A program made the position numbers and the translations under genes. Under the pieces are notes generated by a model. The model was not told the DNA's origin. It saw only the letters and a list, made by a program, of their open reading frames with translations, and made no database searches. Shown piece after piece: positions 20,370 through 30,422 of a DNA stretch of 32,000 bases (positions are counted from its first letter, which is position 1; every line of letters starts with the position of its first letter). Source of the DNA: Pseudomonas aeruginosa (GTDB lineage Bacteria; Pseudomonadota; Gammaproteobacteria; Pseudomonadales; Pseudomonadaceae); contig NZ_LN831024.1 of NCBI RefSeq assembly GCF_001457615.1, forward strand, positions 5,130,001-5,162,000, in the 5' to 3' direction.

Positions 20370-20570
20370 GGATGTCGGGCTGCCGGCATGTCGAAATTGA
20401 TCCTGTCCAAGACCGCGACCGGCCGGGCCGGTTCATCGCGCGAGTGCGCCCTCGCCGCCGAACGGCGGTCCGCAAGGGCGCGCCGAGTGTAGAATGCGCG
20501 CCGGAATAAATCACCCGCAAGAAAGCAGGCGACATCCGTCGCCGATCTTTCCGGCCGCATGCGCAGCCCC

Positions 20571-20599
20571 TTGACAACCCCTGGAGGCGACGGCATTAT
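20571..20599 (+). promoter_or_regulatory. Sigma-70 type promoter for rpsT
   Basis: TTGACA (20571-20576), 17-bp spacer, CATTAT (20594-20599), about 50 bp upstream of the GTG start. Confidence 0.7.
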
Positions 20600-20652
20600 T
20601 CGCGGCCTTAATTTGTTCGCTATTTACCCAGTTTTTTTCGAGGAGCTCGACG

Positions 20653-20928
20653 GTGGCCAACACACCTTCCGCCAAAAAACGCGCCAAACAGGCTGAGAAG
20701 CGTCGCAGCCACAACGCCAGCCTGCGCTCCATGGTGCGCACCTACATCAAGAACGTCGTGAAAGCCATCGACGCCAAGGACCTGGAAAAAGCCCAGGCCG
20801 CCTTCACCGCCGCTGTACCGGTGATCGACCGCATGGCTGACAAAGGCATCATCCACAAGAACAAGGCTGCTCGTCACAAGAGCCGTCTGAGCGGCCACAT
20901 CAAGGCCCTCAGCACCGCTGCCGCCTAA
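20653..20928 (+). CDS. rpsT: 30S ribosomal protein S20
   Basis: GTG start with an AGGAG RBS; [35 protein letters not shown]...; 91 aa. Confidence 0.98.
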   Translation: MANTPSAKKRAKQAEKRRSHNASLRSMVRTYIKNVVKAIDAKDLEKAQAAFTAAVPVIDRMADKGIIHKNKAARHKSRLSGHIKALSTAAA

Positions 20929-20944
20929 GGCACGCCTTGCTCGA

Positions 20945-20975
20945 ATAAAAAACCGGCCAATGGCCGGTTTTTTAT
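20945..20975 (+). terminator. Terminator between rpsT and the convergent CreA-family gene
   Basis: ATAAAAAACCGGCC-AAT-GGCCGGTTTTTTAT; perfect GC stem with A/T tracts on both sides (bidirectional). Confidence 0.9.
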
Positions 20976-20994
20976 TGCCCACGACTCGCTCGCC

Positions 20995-21459
20995 TCAGCG
21001 AGCGGTCGGCCAGGGCATGAGGGGAATCGCCGTCACCGCGTTCTGCGGACTGCCCTCGATCACCCGGTCGCTGTAGACCAGATAGACCAAGGCATTGCGC
21101 TTGCGATCGAAGAAGCGCACCACCTGCATGCTTTTGAACACCAGCGAAGTGCGCTGCTTGAACACCTCTTCGCCATCCTTGAGTTCGCCACTGAACTGGA
21201 TCGGCCCCACCTGGCGACAGGCGATCGACGCCTCGGCGCGATCCTCCGCCAGCCCCAGGCCGCCCTTGACCCCACCGGTCTTGGCGCGCGACAGATAGCA
21301 GGTCACGCCCTGCACCTTGGGATCGTCGAAAGCCTCGACGACAATCTTGTCGTTCGGCCCGACCCACTTGAACACCGTGGAAACCTCGCCGATCTCCTCC
21401 GCCCCGGCAAGCGCCGGCAACAGCAGCAGACCACCCAGCAACCCCGCGAGCTTGCGCAT
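20995..21459 (-). CDS. CreA family periplasmic protein
   Basis: [87 protein letters not shown] is CreA-like; signal peptide; 154 aa. Confidence 0.85.
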   Translation of the reverse strand: MRKLAGLLGGLLLLPALAGAEEIGEVSTVFKWVGPNDKIVVEAFDDPKVQGVTCYLSRAKTGGVKGGLGLAEDRAEASIACRQVGPIQFSGELKDGEEVFKQRTSLVFKSMQVVRFFDRKRNALVYLVYSDRVIEGSPQNAVTAIPLMPWPTAR

Positions 21460-21470
21460 TCGCCCTCTCC

Positions 21471-22589
21471 TCAGACCAGAACCAGATTGTCGCGATGCAC
21501 CAGCTCCGGCCCATCCACGTAGCCGAGCAAGGCCTCGATGGCATCCGTCGGCTGACCGAGGATCTTCTGCGCCTCCAGCGCACTGTAGTTGACCAGGCCG
21601 CGCGCCACTTCGCGCCCGCCCTGGTCCACACAGACCACCATCTCGCCGCGACGGAAGCTGCCCTGGACCGCCTTGACCCCAACCGGCAACAGGCTCTTGT
21701 GATCCTGGCTCACCGCCTTCACCGCACCATCGTCCAGCACCAGGGTGCCGCGCATCTGCAAGTGGCCGGCCAGCCATTGCTTGCGCGCCGCCTTGCGACT
21801 GCGATCAGGGGTCAACAGGGTGCCGAGGCGTTCGCCGGCGCGCAGGCGGTCGAGGACACGCTCGATACGCCCGCCGACGATCACCGTATGCCCGCCGGAA
21901 CGCGCCGCCAGGCGCGCCGCCCGCAGCTTGGTCTGCATTCCGCCGCGCCCCAGGGCGCCGGCACTGCCGCCGGCCACCGCATCGAGCTGCGGATCATCGG
22001 CACGCGCCTCGTAGATCAGTTGGGCATCGGGATTGTTGCGCGGATCGGCGTCGAACATACCGTCGCGATCGGTAAGGATCACCAGCAGGTCGGCCTCGAC
22101 CAGGTTGGCCACCAGTGCCGCCAGGGTGTCGTTGTCGCCGAAGCGGATCTCGTCGGTGACCACCGTGTCGTTCTCGTTGATCACCGGGACCACGCCCAGC
22201 TCGACCAGGGTCCGCAGGGTGCTGCGGGCGTTCAGGTAGCGCTTGCGGTCGGAGAGGTCGTCATGGGTCAGCAACACCTGGGCGGTCTGCAGGCCATGCA
22301 GGGCGAAGCTGGACTCCCAGGCCTGCACCAACCCCATTTGCCCCACCGAGGCGGCGGCCTGGAGTTCGTGCATCGCGCTAGGTCGGGACACCCAGCCCAG
22401 GCGGCTCATACCGGCGGCGACGGCGCCGGACGACACCAGCACCAGCTCGATGCCGGCGCAATGCAGCGCCACCATCTGCTCGACCCAAACGGCCATGGCA
22501 TTGCGATCCAGCCCACGGCCATCGGCCGTCAGCAGGGCGCTACCGATCTTCACCACCCAGCGCCGCGCGCCAGTCACCTTGTCCCGCAT
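21471..22589 (-). CDS. proB: Glutamate 5-kinase (ProB) with C-terminal PUA domain
   Basis: [17 protein letters not shown]..., [12 protein letters not shown]-like motif ([15 protein letters not shown]), PUA-type C-terminus; 372 aa. Confidence 0.97.
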
Positions 22590-22659
22590 ACCCTCAACCT
22601 TAGAAGCCCAGGCTTCGACTCTTCAGCCCCGCCGGCCCGCCCGGCGGGGTATCACGCCA

Positions 22660-23907
<1,248 letters not shown>

Positions 23908-23976
23908 TTAACAGAAAAAAACATAGGATACAGGATGCCCCGAAAGCAGGGCATGGCCGGAAGCCGGCGCAGAAAC

Positions 23977-24007
23977 AAAAAAGCCCCGTCGCGAGACAGG
24001 GCTTTTT
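23977..24007 (-). terminator. Terminator of rplU-rpmA
   Basis: Minus strand AAAAAGCCCTGTCTCGCGACGGGGCTTTTTT; one mismatch in the stem, then a T-tract. Confidence 0.85.
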
Positions 24008-24021
24008 CAGCGAGCTATTGC

Positions 24022-24279
24022 TTAGGCAGCAACGATGCTCACGTATTTGCGACCAAAGGCGCCTTTGGTCTCAAACTTGACCACGCCGTCCACTTTCGCG
24101 AACAGGGTGTGGTCCTTGCCCAGGCCAACGCCGTAACCGGCGTGGAATTTGGTGCCGCGCTGACGAACCAGGATGTTGCCAGCCTTTACAGCCTGGCCGC
24201 CGAACAGTTTCACGCCAAGGCGTTTACTTTCTGAGTCGCGGCCGTTGCGGGTAGAACCGCCAGCTTTTTTGTGTGCCAT
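24022..24279 (-). CDS. rpmA: 50S ribosomal protein L27
   Basis: [48 protein letters not shown]; 85 aa. Confidence 0.99.
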
Positions 24280-24302
24280 GAGTCATATCCTCCAGAAAGG
24301 AA

Positions 24303-24614
24303 TTAGGCCTGAATGCCGGTGATCTTGATTTCAGTGAACCACTGGCGGTGGCCCTGACGCTTCATGTGGTGCTTACGACGGCGGAACTTGATGATGCGGA
24401 CCTTGTCGTGACGGCCGTGGGAAACCACTTCAGCGGTAACCTTCGCACCTTCGACGACCGGCAGGCCGATTTTCACGTCTTCGCCATTGGCAACCAGCAG
24501 GACGCGGTCGAAATCGATCGCTTCGCCGGTAGCGACGTCGAGTTTCTCGACCTTGAGGAATTCGCCTTCGGTGACTTTGTGCTGCTTGCCACCGGTAACA
24601 ATCACTGCGTACAT
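24303..24614 (-). CDS. rplU: 50S ribosomal protein L21
   Basis: [26 protein letters not shown]...; 103 aa. Confidence 0.99.
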
Positions 24615-24747
24615 GTGTATCTCCGTTAAACCTGCTCACCCGACGCTTTATAGAAGTAGGAATCGGCCGGCATGGCTGCATGGGGTCGGATCGGACGCCC
24701 GTGCAATTGCGTAAGGCAGGGTATGCCAAGGAAGTTCAGGGCCCGCG

Positions 24748-24776
24748 ATTGTACGGAAAGGTCCAGGCCGAGGCAA
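24748..24776 (-). promoter_or_regulatory. Candidate sigma-70 promoter of rplU-rpmA
   Basis: On the minus strand: TTGCCT (24776-24771), 17-bp spacer, TACAAT (24753-24748). Implies a 5' UTR of about 125 nt. Confidence 0.5.
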
Positions 24777-24793
24777 GTGCCACGGGCCTTTCC

Positions 24794-24822
24794 TTGACAG
24801 TCCCCCCCCTGCCACCTAGCAT
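24794..24822 (+). promoter_or_regulatory. Candidate sigma-70 promoter of ispB
   Basis: TTGACA (24794-24799), 17-bp spacer, TAGCAT (24817-24822). Divergent from the rplU promoter. Confidence 0.65.
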
Positions 24823-24854
24823 GCCGCGCAATCTTTGTGGAGCTATTGTCACTG

Positions 24855-25823
24855 ATGCAACCCCAGGCCTTCTACCGCGTGGTGGCGGAAGATTTCACCG
24901 CCGTCGACGGGATCATCCGTCGCCAACTCACCTCCCGCGTTCCCCTGGTGGAAAAGATCGGCGACTACATCATCTCCGCCGGCGGCAAGCGCCTGCGTCC
25001 GCTGCTGGTCCTGCTCGCCGGCAAGACCCTGGGCTACAAGGGCGACGACCTCTGCCTGCTGGCCGCCACCATCGAATTCCTGCACACCTCCACTCTGCTG
25101 CACGACGACGTGGTCGACGCCTCCGGCCTGCGCCGCGGCCGCTCCACCGCCAATGCCCTGTGGGGCAACGCGCCGAGCGTGCTGGTAGGCGACTTCCTTT
25201 ATGCCCGCTCCTTCGAAATGATGGTCGAGCTGGGTTCCATGCCGGTCATGCGCATCATATCCCAGGCCACCCGGGTGATCGCCGAGGGCGAAGTGCTGCA
25301 ATTGTCCAAGGTACGCGACGCCAGCACTACCGAAGAGACCTACATGGAAGTGATCCGCGGCAAGACCGCGATGCTTTTCGAGGCCTCGACCCACAGCGCC
25401 GCCGCGCTGTGCCAGGCCGGCGAGGAACAGTCCGAGGCACTGCGCCGCTTCGGCGACTACCTGGGAATCGCCTTCCAACTGGTGGACGACCTGCTCGACT
25501 ACCGCGGCGACGCCGCGACCCTCGGCAAGAACGTCGGCGACGACCTCGCCGAAGGCAAGCCCACCCTGCCGCTGATCGTCACCATGCGCGACGGCACCGA
25601 GGAACAGGCCGCGCTGGTACGCAAAGCCATCCAGCAAGGTGGCAGCCAGGACCTAGAGAGCGTCTGTGCCGCCGTCGAGGCAGCCGGCGCCCTGGACTAT
25701 ACCGCCAACCTCGCCCGCGACTACGCCGCCCGCGCCATCGCCTGCCTGGATACGCTGCCGGACAACGAATACCGCTCCGCCCTGGTCGAACTCAGCGAAT
25801 TCGCTGTCGCCCGTACCCACTGA
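24855..25823 (+). CDS. ispB: All-trans-polyprenyl (octaprenyl/nonaprenyl) diphosphate synthase
   Basis: Prenyltransferase motifs GGKRLRP, LLHDDVVD and LVDDLLDY; 322 aa from the ATG at 24855. An alternative ATG lies at 24837. Confidence 0.95.
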   Translation: MQPQAFYRVVAEDFTAVDGIIRRQLTSRVPLVEKIGDYIISAGGKRLRPLLVLLAGKTLGYKGDDLCLLAATIEFLHTSTLLHDDVVDASGLRRGRSTANALWGNAPSVLVGDFLYARSFEMMVELGSMPVMRIISQATRVIAEGEVLQLSKVRDASTTEETYMEVIRGKTAMLFEASTHSAAALCQAGEEQSEALRRFGDYLGIAFQLVDDLLDYRGDAATLGKNVGDDLAEGKPTLPLIVTMRDGTEEQAALVRKAIQQGGSQDLESVCAAVEAAGALDYTANLARDYAARAIACLDTLPDNEYRSALVELSEFAVARTH

Positions 25824-25843
25824 ACCGGGCTCGACTTGTGACG

Positions 25844-25876
25844 AACGCCGCCGTTTTCACGGCGGCGTTTTCGTTT
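25844..25876 (+). terminator. Terminator of ispB
   Basis: AACGCCGCCG / CGGCGGCGTT perfect 10-bp stem with TTTTCA loop, then TTCGTTTT. Confidence 0.8.
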
Positions 25877-25910
25877 TGCGACGAAAGGCACGATCAAGAC
25901 TTGCTATTAA

Positions 25911-25929
25911 GATAATAAGAATTATTCTC
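25911..25929 (+). promoter_or_regulatory. Putative Fur box upstream of PA4570-rsmW
   Basis: GATAATAAGAATTATTCTC matches the 19-bp consensus GATAATGATAATCATTATC at 15/19 positions. It overlaps a possible TTGCTA-N16-TATTCT promoter (25901-25928). Confidence 0.7.
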
Positions 25930-25951
25930 ATCTCACAGTCTTGTCACGGAG

Positions 25952-26185
25952 ATGAGCGCCATGACTTATTTGATCGATGCCTGGCTTGATCGGCCACACC
26001 CCTACCTGCGGATCCTGCACCGGGAAACCGGGGAAATCTGCGCAGTCCTGGAAGAAGACGCGCTGGACGAACTGCGTGACCAGGGCGGCCTGGACCTGCA
26101 CGAGTTGAACTCGAGCGAACCGCTGATCCTCAAGGAGCTGGTACGCAACCTGTTCCTCTTCTGCTACGCCCGCGCCCTGCGCTGA
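25952..26185 (+). CDS. Small hypothetical protein (PA4570-like, 77 aa)
   Basis: MSAMTYLIDAWLDRPHPYLRILHRETGEICAVLEEDALDELRDQGGLDLHELNSSEP...; in-frame ATG at 25961 has better spacing to GGAG. Preceded by the Fur box and followed by the sRNA hairpins. Confidence 0.8.
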   Translation: MSAMTYLIDAWLDRPHPYLRILHRETGEICAVLEEDALDELRDQGGLDLHELNSSEPLILKELVRNLFLFCYARALR

Positions 26186-26189
26186 GCCT

Positions 26190-26330
26190 TTGCGATGACG
26201 CCAGGACGCGTCATCCGTGCGCCGCTGCCCGGGAGGCGGATCGCACGAACGGAGGCAAAGGCGCCTCCGGCCGGTTCCGGGAAGGTCACGGACGACCTTC
26301 CCGGAGTCACTTTCCTCATGTCCCGTTCTT
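26190..26330 (+). ncRNA. rsmW: RsmW, RsmA-binding sRNA in the 3' UTR of PA4570 (ends approximate)
   Basis: Tandem hairpins with GGA in hexaloops: GATGACGC-CAGGAC-GCGTCATC (26194-26215) and TCCGGGAAGGTC-ACGGAC-GACCTTCCCGGA (26276-26305). GGAGGC-AAAGGC-GCCTCC (26251-26268) lies between them. Position directly 3' of the 77-aa PA4570 ORF agrees with the published RsmW locus as I recall it. Exact ends are not determinable here. Confidence 0.7.
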
Positions 26331-26527
26331 TCCGCAACGCCTCGCCCGAGCACGCCGGCAGCCCCTCGCCGCGATAGGGATTCCTGCCTGATCCACATCA
26401 AGCCGACCTCGCCTGAAAGCCGTTACAACAGCGGCGTGACCGTCGTCCTGTCGACGGCCGCATAACGAAAAAAAGAATGGACCGTGGCCGAGGGGACCGC
26501 CCCAGGCCTACGCCTAAGGATGAGGAA

Positions 26528-28555
26528 ATGCCTGCTTCTTTCCCGCGCCTCGGCTTGCTCGGCGCGCTGTGCTCCATCGTTCCCCTGCTCCATGCCAGCG
26601 AACCGACCACGGACGCTGCGCTCATCGAAAAAGGCCGCTACGTGGCCCAGCTCGGCGACTGCATCGCCTGCCATACCGGCCCGCAGGGCGCGCCGATGGC
26701 CGGCGGCCTGGAGCTGAAGACGCCAATGGGTACCATCTACTCGACCAACATCACTCCCGACCGGGAGACCGGCATCGGCCGCTACAGCTTCGAAGAGTTC
26801 GACCGCGCCATGCGCAAGGGGGTGACCGCCGAGGGAGTGAATCTCTATCCGGCGATGCCCTACCCGTCCTACGCCAAGATCAGCGAAGAAGACATGCGTG
26901 CGCTGTACGCCTACCTGATGCACGGCGTGCAACCCGTCACCCAGGCGAATACGCCGAGCGCGATGAGCTGGCCGTTCAACCAGCGCTGGGGCCTGTCGCT
27001 GTGGAACTGGGCGTTCCTCGACGACGCGCCGTTCACCCCCTCCAGCGACGCGGACCCGGCGATCAACCGCGGCGCCTACCTGGTACAGGGACTCGGCCAC
27101 TGCGGCGCCTGCCATACTCCGCGCGGCATCGCCTTCCAGGAAAAAGCCATGAGCGAAGCCGGTCGTTCCGGGCAGCTCTACCTCGCCGGCGAAACCGTCG
27201 AACAATGGCAAGCGCTGAGCCTGCGCAACCTGTGGACGGTGGAGGACACCGTGCAGTTGCTGAAGACCGGGCAGAACCGCTTCGCCACGGTGTCCGGCAG
27301 CATGACCGATGTCATCCACCACAGCACCCAGCACTTCAGCGACGACGATCTGCTGGCCATCGCCAGCTACCTGAAGTCCCTGCCGGCCGGCAAGGACGAC
27401 CTGCCCATGCCCGACAGCGAACGCCCACTGGCAGCACCGGTCGACCTGTACAGCTCGCGGGGCGGTCTCGGCTACGCGCAGTTCTGCTCCGACTGCCACC
27501 GCAAGGACGGCAGCGGCGTCCCGGGCATGTTCCCGCCGCTGGCCGGCAACCCCACGGTCGCTTCGGCCAACCCGAGCACGCTACTGCATATCACCCTTAC
27601 CGGTTGGAAAACCGCGCAGACCGCAACCCACTCGCGGGTCTACACCATGCCCGGCTTCGCCCAGCTGGAAGACCGCGAAATCGCCGAGATCCTCAGCTTC
27701 GTCCGCAGCAGTTGGGGCAACCAGGGTTCGTCGATCGATGCCGGCCAGGTGAAGAAACTGCGCCAGCGGATCGAGGCCGGCAACGGCCCGGCCACGACCT
27801 TCGTCTCTCCACGCCTGGCGGACATGCTCGCGGCGCCGAACGCCGAACAGGTGGTACGCGGCATGCGCCTGCACCTGGAGACCCGCGAGCTGCTGCCGGC
27901 GAACGTCGGCAACCAGTTGAACTGCACCAGTTGCCACCTGAACGCCGGAACCGTAGCCGACGGCTCGCCCTTCGTCGGCGTCTCGGCGTTCTTCCCCAGC
28001 TACGCGCCCCGGGCGGGCAAGGTCATCGGCCTGGAGGAACGCATCAACGGCTGCTTCCGGCGCTCGATGAACGGTAAGCCTCTGCCACCGGACTCTGCCG
28101 ACATGCAGGCGATGGTGGCCTACTTCGACTGGATGAAGAACAACACCCGGCCGCAGGACAAGGTCGCCGGCCGCGGCGTCGGCAAGGTCGACCCGGCGCT
28201 GAAGCCCGACCCGGAGAACGGCCGCAAGGTCTACGCCCGACAATGCGCGGTGTGTCATGGCGAGAATGGCGAGGGGCTGAGGAACAGTGCCGGCGAGATG
28301 CTCTTCCCACCGCTGTGGGGCGACGAGTCGTTCAATATCGGCGCCGGCATGGCGCGGACCTTCACCGCTGCCGCCTTCGTCAAGCACAACATGCCGATCG
28401 GCTTCCAGGAACGCTTCCCGCTCGGCCAGGGCGGCCTCAACGACCAGGACGCAGTGGACGTCGCGGAGTACTTTTCGCACCAGCCGCGCCCGGACTTCCC
28501 GGACAAGATCAAGGACTGGCCGAAGGACAAGCGTCCGCTGGATGCCCGCTACTGA
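26528..28555 (+). CDS. Exported multiheme (five CxxCH) cytochrome c, PA4571-like
   Basis: 675 aa from ATG 26528 with a signal peptide. Heme motifs: CIACH (26660), CGACH (27101), CSDCH (27485), CTSCH (27923), CAVCH (28244). Confidence 0.93.
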   Translation: MPASFPRLGLLGALCSIVPLLHASEPTTDAALIEKGRYVAQLGDCIACHTGPQGAPMAGGLELKTPMGTIYSTNITPDRETGIGRYSFEEFDRAMRKGVTAEGVNLYPAMPYPSYAKISEEDMRALYAYLMHGVQPVTQANTPSAMSWPFNQRWGLSLWNWAFLDDAPFTPSSDADPAINRGAYLVQGLGHCGACHTPRGIAFQEKAMSEAGRSGQLYLAGETVEQWQALSLRNLWTVEDTVQLLKTGQNRFATVSGSMTDVIHHSTQHFSDDDLLAIASYLKSLPAGKDDLPMPDSERPLAAPVDLYSSRGGLGYAQFCSDCHRKDGSGVPGMFPPLAGNPTVASANPSTLLHITLTGWKTAQTATHSRVYTMPGFAQLEDREIAEILSFVRSSWGNQGSSIDAGQVKKLRQRIEAGNGPATTFVSPRLADMLAAPNAEQVVRGMRLHLETRELLPANVGNQLNCTSCHLNAGTVADGSPFVGVSAFFPSYAPRAGKVIGLEERINGCFRRSMNGKPLPPDSADMQAMVAYFDWMKNNTRPQDKVAGRGVGKVDPALKPDPENGRKVYARQCAVCHGENGEGLRNSAGEMLFPPLWGDESFNIGAGMARTFTAAAFVKHNMPIGFQERFPLGQGGLNDQDAVDVAEYFSHQPRPDFPDKIKDWPKDKRPLDARY

Positions 28556-28567
28556 TGCCGCCATGAA

Positions 28568-28599
28568 AAACGCCCCGTCGATGCGTCGACGGGGCGTTT
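28568..28599. terminator. Bidirectional terminator between the cytochrome c gene and the fklB-like gene
   Basis: AAACGCCCCGTCGA-TGCG-TCGACGGGGCGTTT, perfect 14-bp stem between convergent genes. The U-tract is short on the plus strand. Confidence 0.8.
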
Positions 28600-28624
28600 C
28601 GCTCCTTCCTGGGGCCGATGCGCC

Positions 28625-29242
28625 TCAGAGGATTTCCAGCAGTTCGACGTCGAACACCAGCACGCTGTGCGGGGGAATGCTGCCGACCGCCTGGCCGCCA
28701 TAGGCCAGTTCGCTCGGTACGTGCAGGCGCCACTTGGAGCCGGCGTTCATCAGTTGCAGCGCTTCGACCCAGCCGGCGATCACGCCGCCCACCGGGAACT
28801 CGGCCGGCTGGCCGCGCTGGTAGGAGCTGTCGAATACGGTGCCGTCGATCAGGGTGCCGTGGTAGTGGGTGCGCACGGTATCCTCGCGGGAAGGCTTGGC
28901 GCCCTCGCCAGTGCTCAGCACTTCGAACTGCAGGCCCGAGGGCAGCACGGTCACGCCTTCGCGCTTGGCGTTCTCGGCCAGGTAGGCGCGGCCTTCGCCA
29001 GCGGCGGCTTCGGCCTTGGCCTGGGCTTCGGCCTGCATGCGCTCGCGGATCACCTGGAAGCTGGCCGACAGCGCCTCGCCGGAAACCCGGCTGTCGATAC
29101 CTGCGAACGCATCGGACAGGCCGGCCAGGACTGCGTCCAGGGTCATGCCCGGAACCGGATTCTCGCGCAGTTGGTCGCCCAGTTGACGGCCGATGCCGTA
29201 GCTGACACGGGCTTCGTCAGTGGTCAGGTTGAGTTCGCTCAT
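28625..29242 (-). CDS. fklB: FKBP-type peptidyl-prolyl cis-trans isomerase (FklB/Mip-like)
   Basis: N-terminal dimerisation helices and an FKBP domain (VRTHYHGTLIDGTVFDSSYQRGQPAEFPVGGVIAGWVEALQLM..LAYG); 205 aa. Confidence 0.93.
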   Translation of the reverse strand: MSELNLTTDEARVSYGIGRQLGDQLRENPVPGMTLDAVLAGLSDAFAGIDSRVSGEALSASFQVIRERMQAEAQAKAEAAAGEGRAYLAENAKREGVTVLPSGLQFEVLSTGEGAKPSREDTVRTHYHGTLIDGTVFDSSYQRGQPAEFPVGGVIAGWVEALQLMNAGSKWRLHVPSELAYGGQAVGSIPPHSVLVFDVELLEIL

Positions 29243-29326
29243 GGCGCTGCTCCGCTGTGGGGTCGAAAAAGGGCGGCCAGCCTAGCACAGAAGGCCCTTC
29301 CCCCCTACCGGCGCAGCCGCTTGTGC

Positions 29327-29632
29327 TCAACCCTGGCGGATCGACAGCGGCAGCCCGCCGATAAACGAACCCGACTCGGCCAGGAGTCCACACATCTCGT
29401 CATCGACATCGGCGCACACCAACTCCACCGGAACCCTGTCCAGCCCGCGCAGTACCTGGCGCGCATGCTCCACGGAGCGCAGGCTGACCGGCTGGCCGAG
29501 ATCGTCCTCCACCGGATAGGCGCGGTCGCCCATCTGCGCCTCCAGGACATAGATGCCGCCCTCCAGCGACACCAGGTGCAAGGCGTCGATATGTCCGGCC
29601 TGGACCCGGCCGGCGAGATCCTGCATGTTCAT
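29327..29632 (-). CDS. Conserved hypothetical protein (PA4573-like; possibly DUF6482)
   Basis: 101-aa ORF MNMQDLAGRVQAGHIDALHLVSLEGGIYVLEAQMGDRAYPVEDD...; compact, and syntenic with PAO1. Family name from memory. Confidence 0.7.
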   Translation of the reverse strand: MNMQDLAGRVQAGHIDALHLVSLEGGIYVLEAQMGDRAYPVEDDLGQPVSLRSVEHARQVLRGLDRVPVELVCADVDDEMCGLLAESGSFIGGLPLSIRQG

Positions 29633-29830
29633 CGCGAACCTCTCGAGGTTGCGCAGGCAGCGGAAGCCTCCAGGTTTCCGCCAACCGCCTCGGTCCCGAC
29701 AGCGCCGGCCCGATTCCCGGCATCGTCCGGCCGGCAGGCCCCGACGATGCGAAGGACGCCCGCTCCCGGCGTCCGCCCGATATCACAGGAAAGTCTTGCC
29801 CAGGCGGCAGGCAACGCAAGCCGGAAACGC

Positions 29831-29864
29831 CGCCGCCCGTCCGTTTTACAACGGCCGGGCGGCG
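29831..29864 (-). terminator. Strong imperfect hairpin downstream of the PA4574-like gene, possible terminator
   Basis: CGCCGCCCG-T-CCGT-TTTACA-ACGG-C-CGGGCGGCG; 13 bp with one mismatch, 24 nt 3' of the minus-strand stop. Poor T-tract. Confidence 0.4.
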
Positions 29865-29888
29865 CGAGCGAAACACTGGAGAGGGTCG

Positions 29889-30377
29889 TCAGTGACGGGT
29901 CTGCTTATCCAGGTAGCCCATGGCGAACGCCGAGAGCACGAAGGTCATGTGGATGATCACGTACCACATCAGCTTGTTGTCCGGCACATTCTTCGCGTCC
30001 ATGAAGATGCGCAACAGGTGGATCGAAGAGATCGCCACGATGGAGGCGGCCACCTTGTTCTTCAGCGAGCCGGAATCCATCTTGCCCAACCAGCTGAGCT
30101 TTTCCTTGCCTTCGTCGATGTCCAGTTGCGAAACGAAGTTCTCGTAGCCGGAGATCATCACCATGACCAACAGGCCGCCAACCAGAGCCATGTCGATCAG
30201 TGAGAGCAGGACCAGGATCAGGTCGGCCTCGGCCATCGCGAAGATGTTCGGGATGACGTGGAATATTTCCTGGAAGAACTTGATGGTCAACGCCAGCAGC
30301 GCCAGCGACAGGCCCATGTAGATGGGAGCCAGCAGCCAGCGCGAGGCGTACATGGCGTTTTCGAAAAAGCGTTCCAT
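29889..30377 (-). CDS. UPF0114/YqhA-like inner membrane protein (PA4574-like)
   Basis: [43 protein letters not shown]...; three to four hydrophobic segments; 162 aa. Confidence 0.9.
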
Positions 30378-30416
30378 GGTCTCTTGAGTGTATGTGCAGG
30401 GGAAAATGGGGCGGCG

Positions 30417-30422
30417 AGTATA
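30417..30422 (-). promoter_or_regulatory. Candidate -10 element (TATACT) for the PA4574-like gene
   Basis: TATACT on the minus strand 40 bp upstream of the ATG. No good -35; a dyad lies at 30441-30465 instead. Confidence 0.4.

Noticed and set aside
26569-28077. 502-aa ORF in an alternative frame within the cytochrome c gene
   Set aside because: Arg/Pro/Gly-rich shadow frame. The heme-motif frame is clearly coding.
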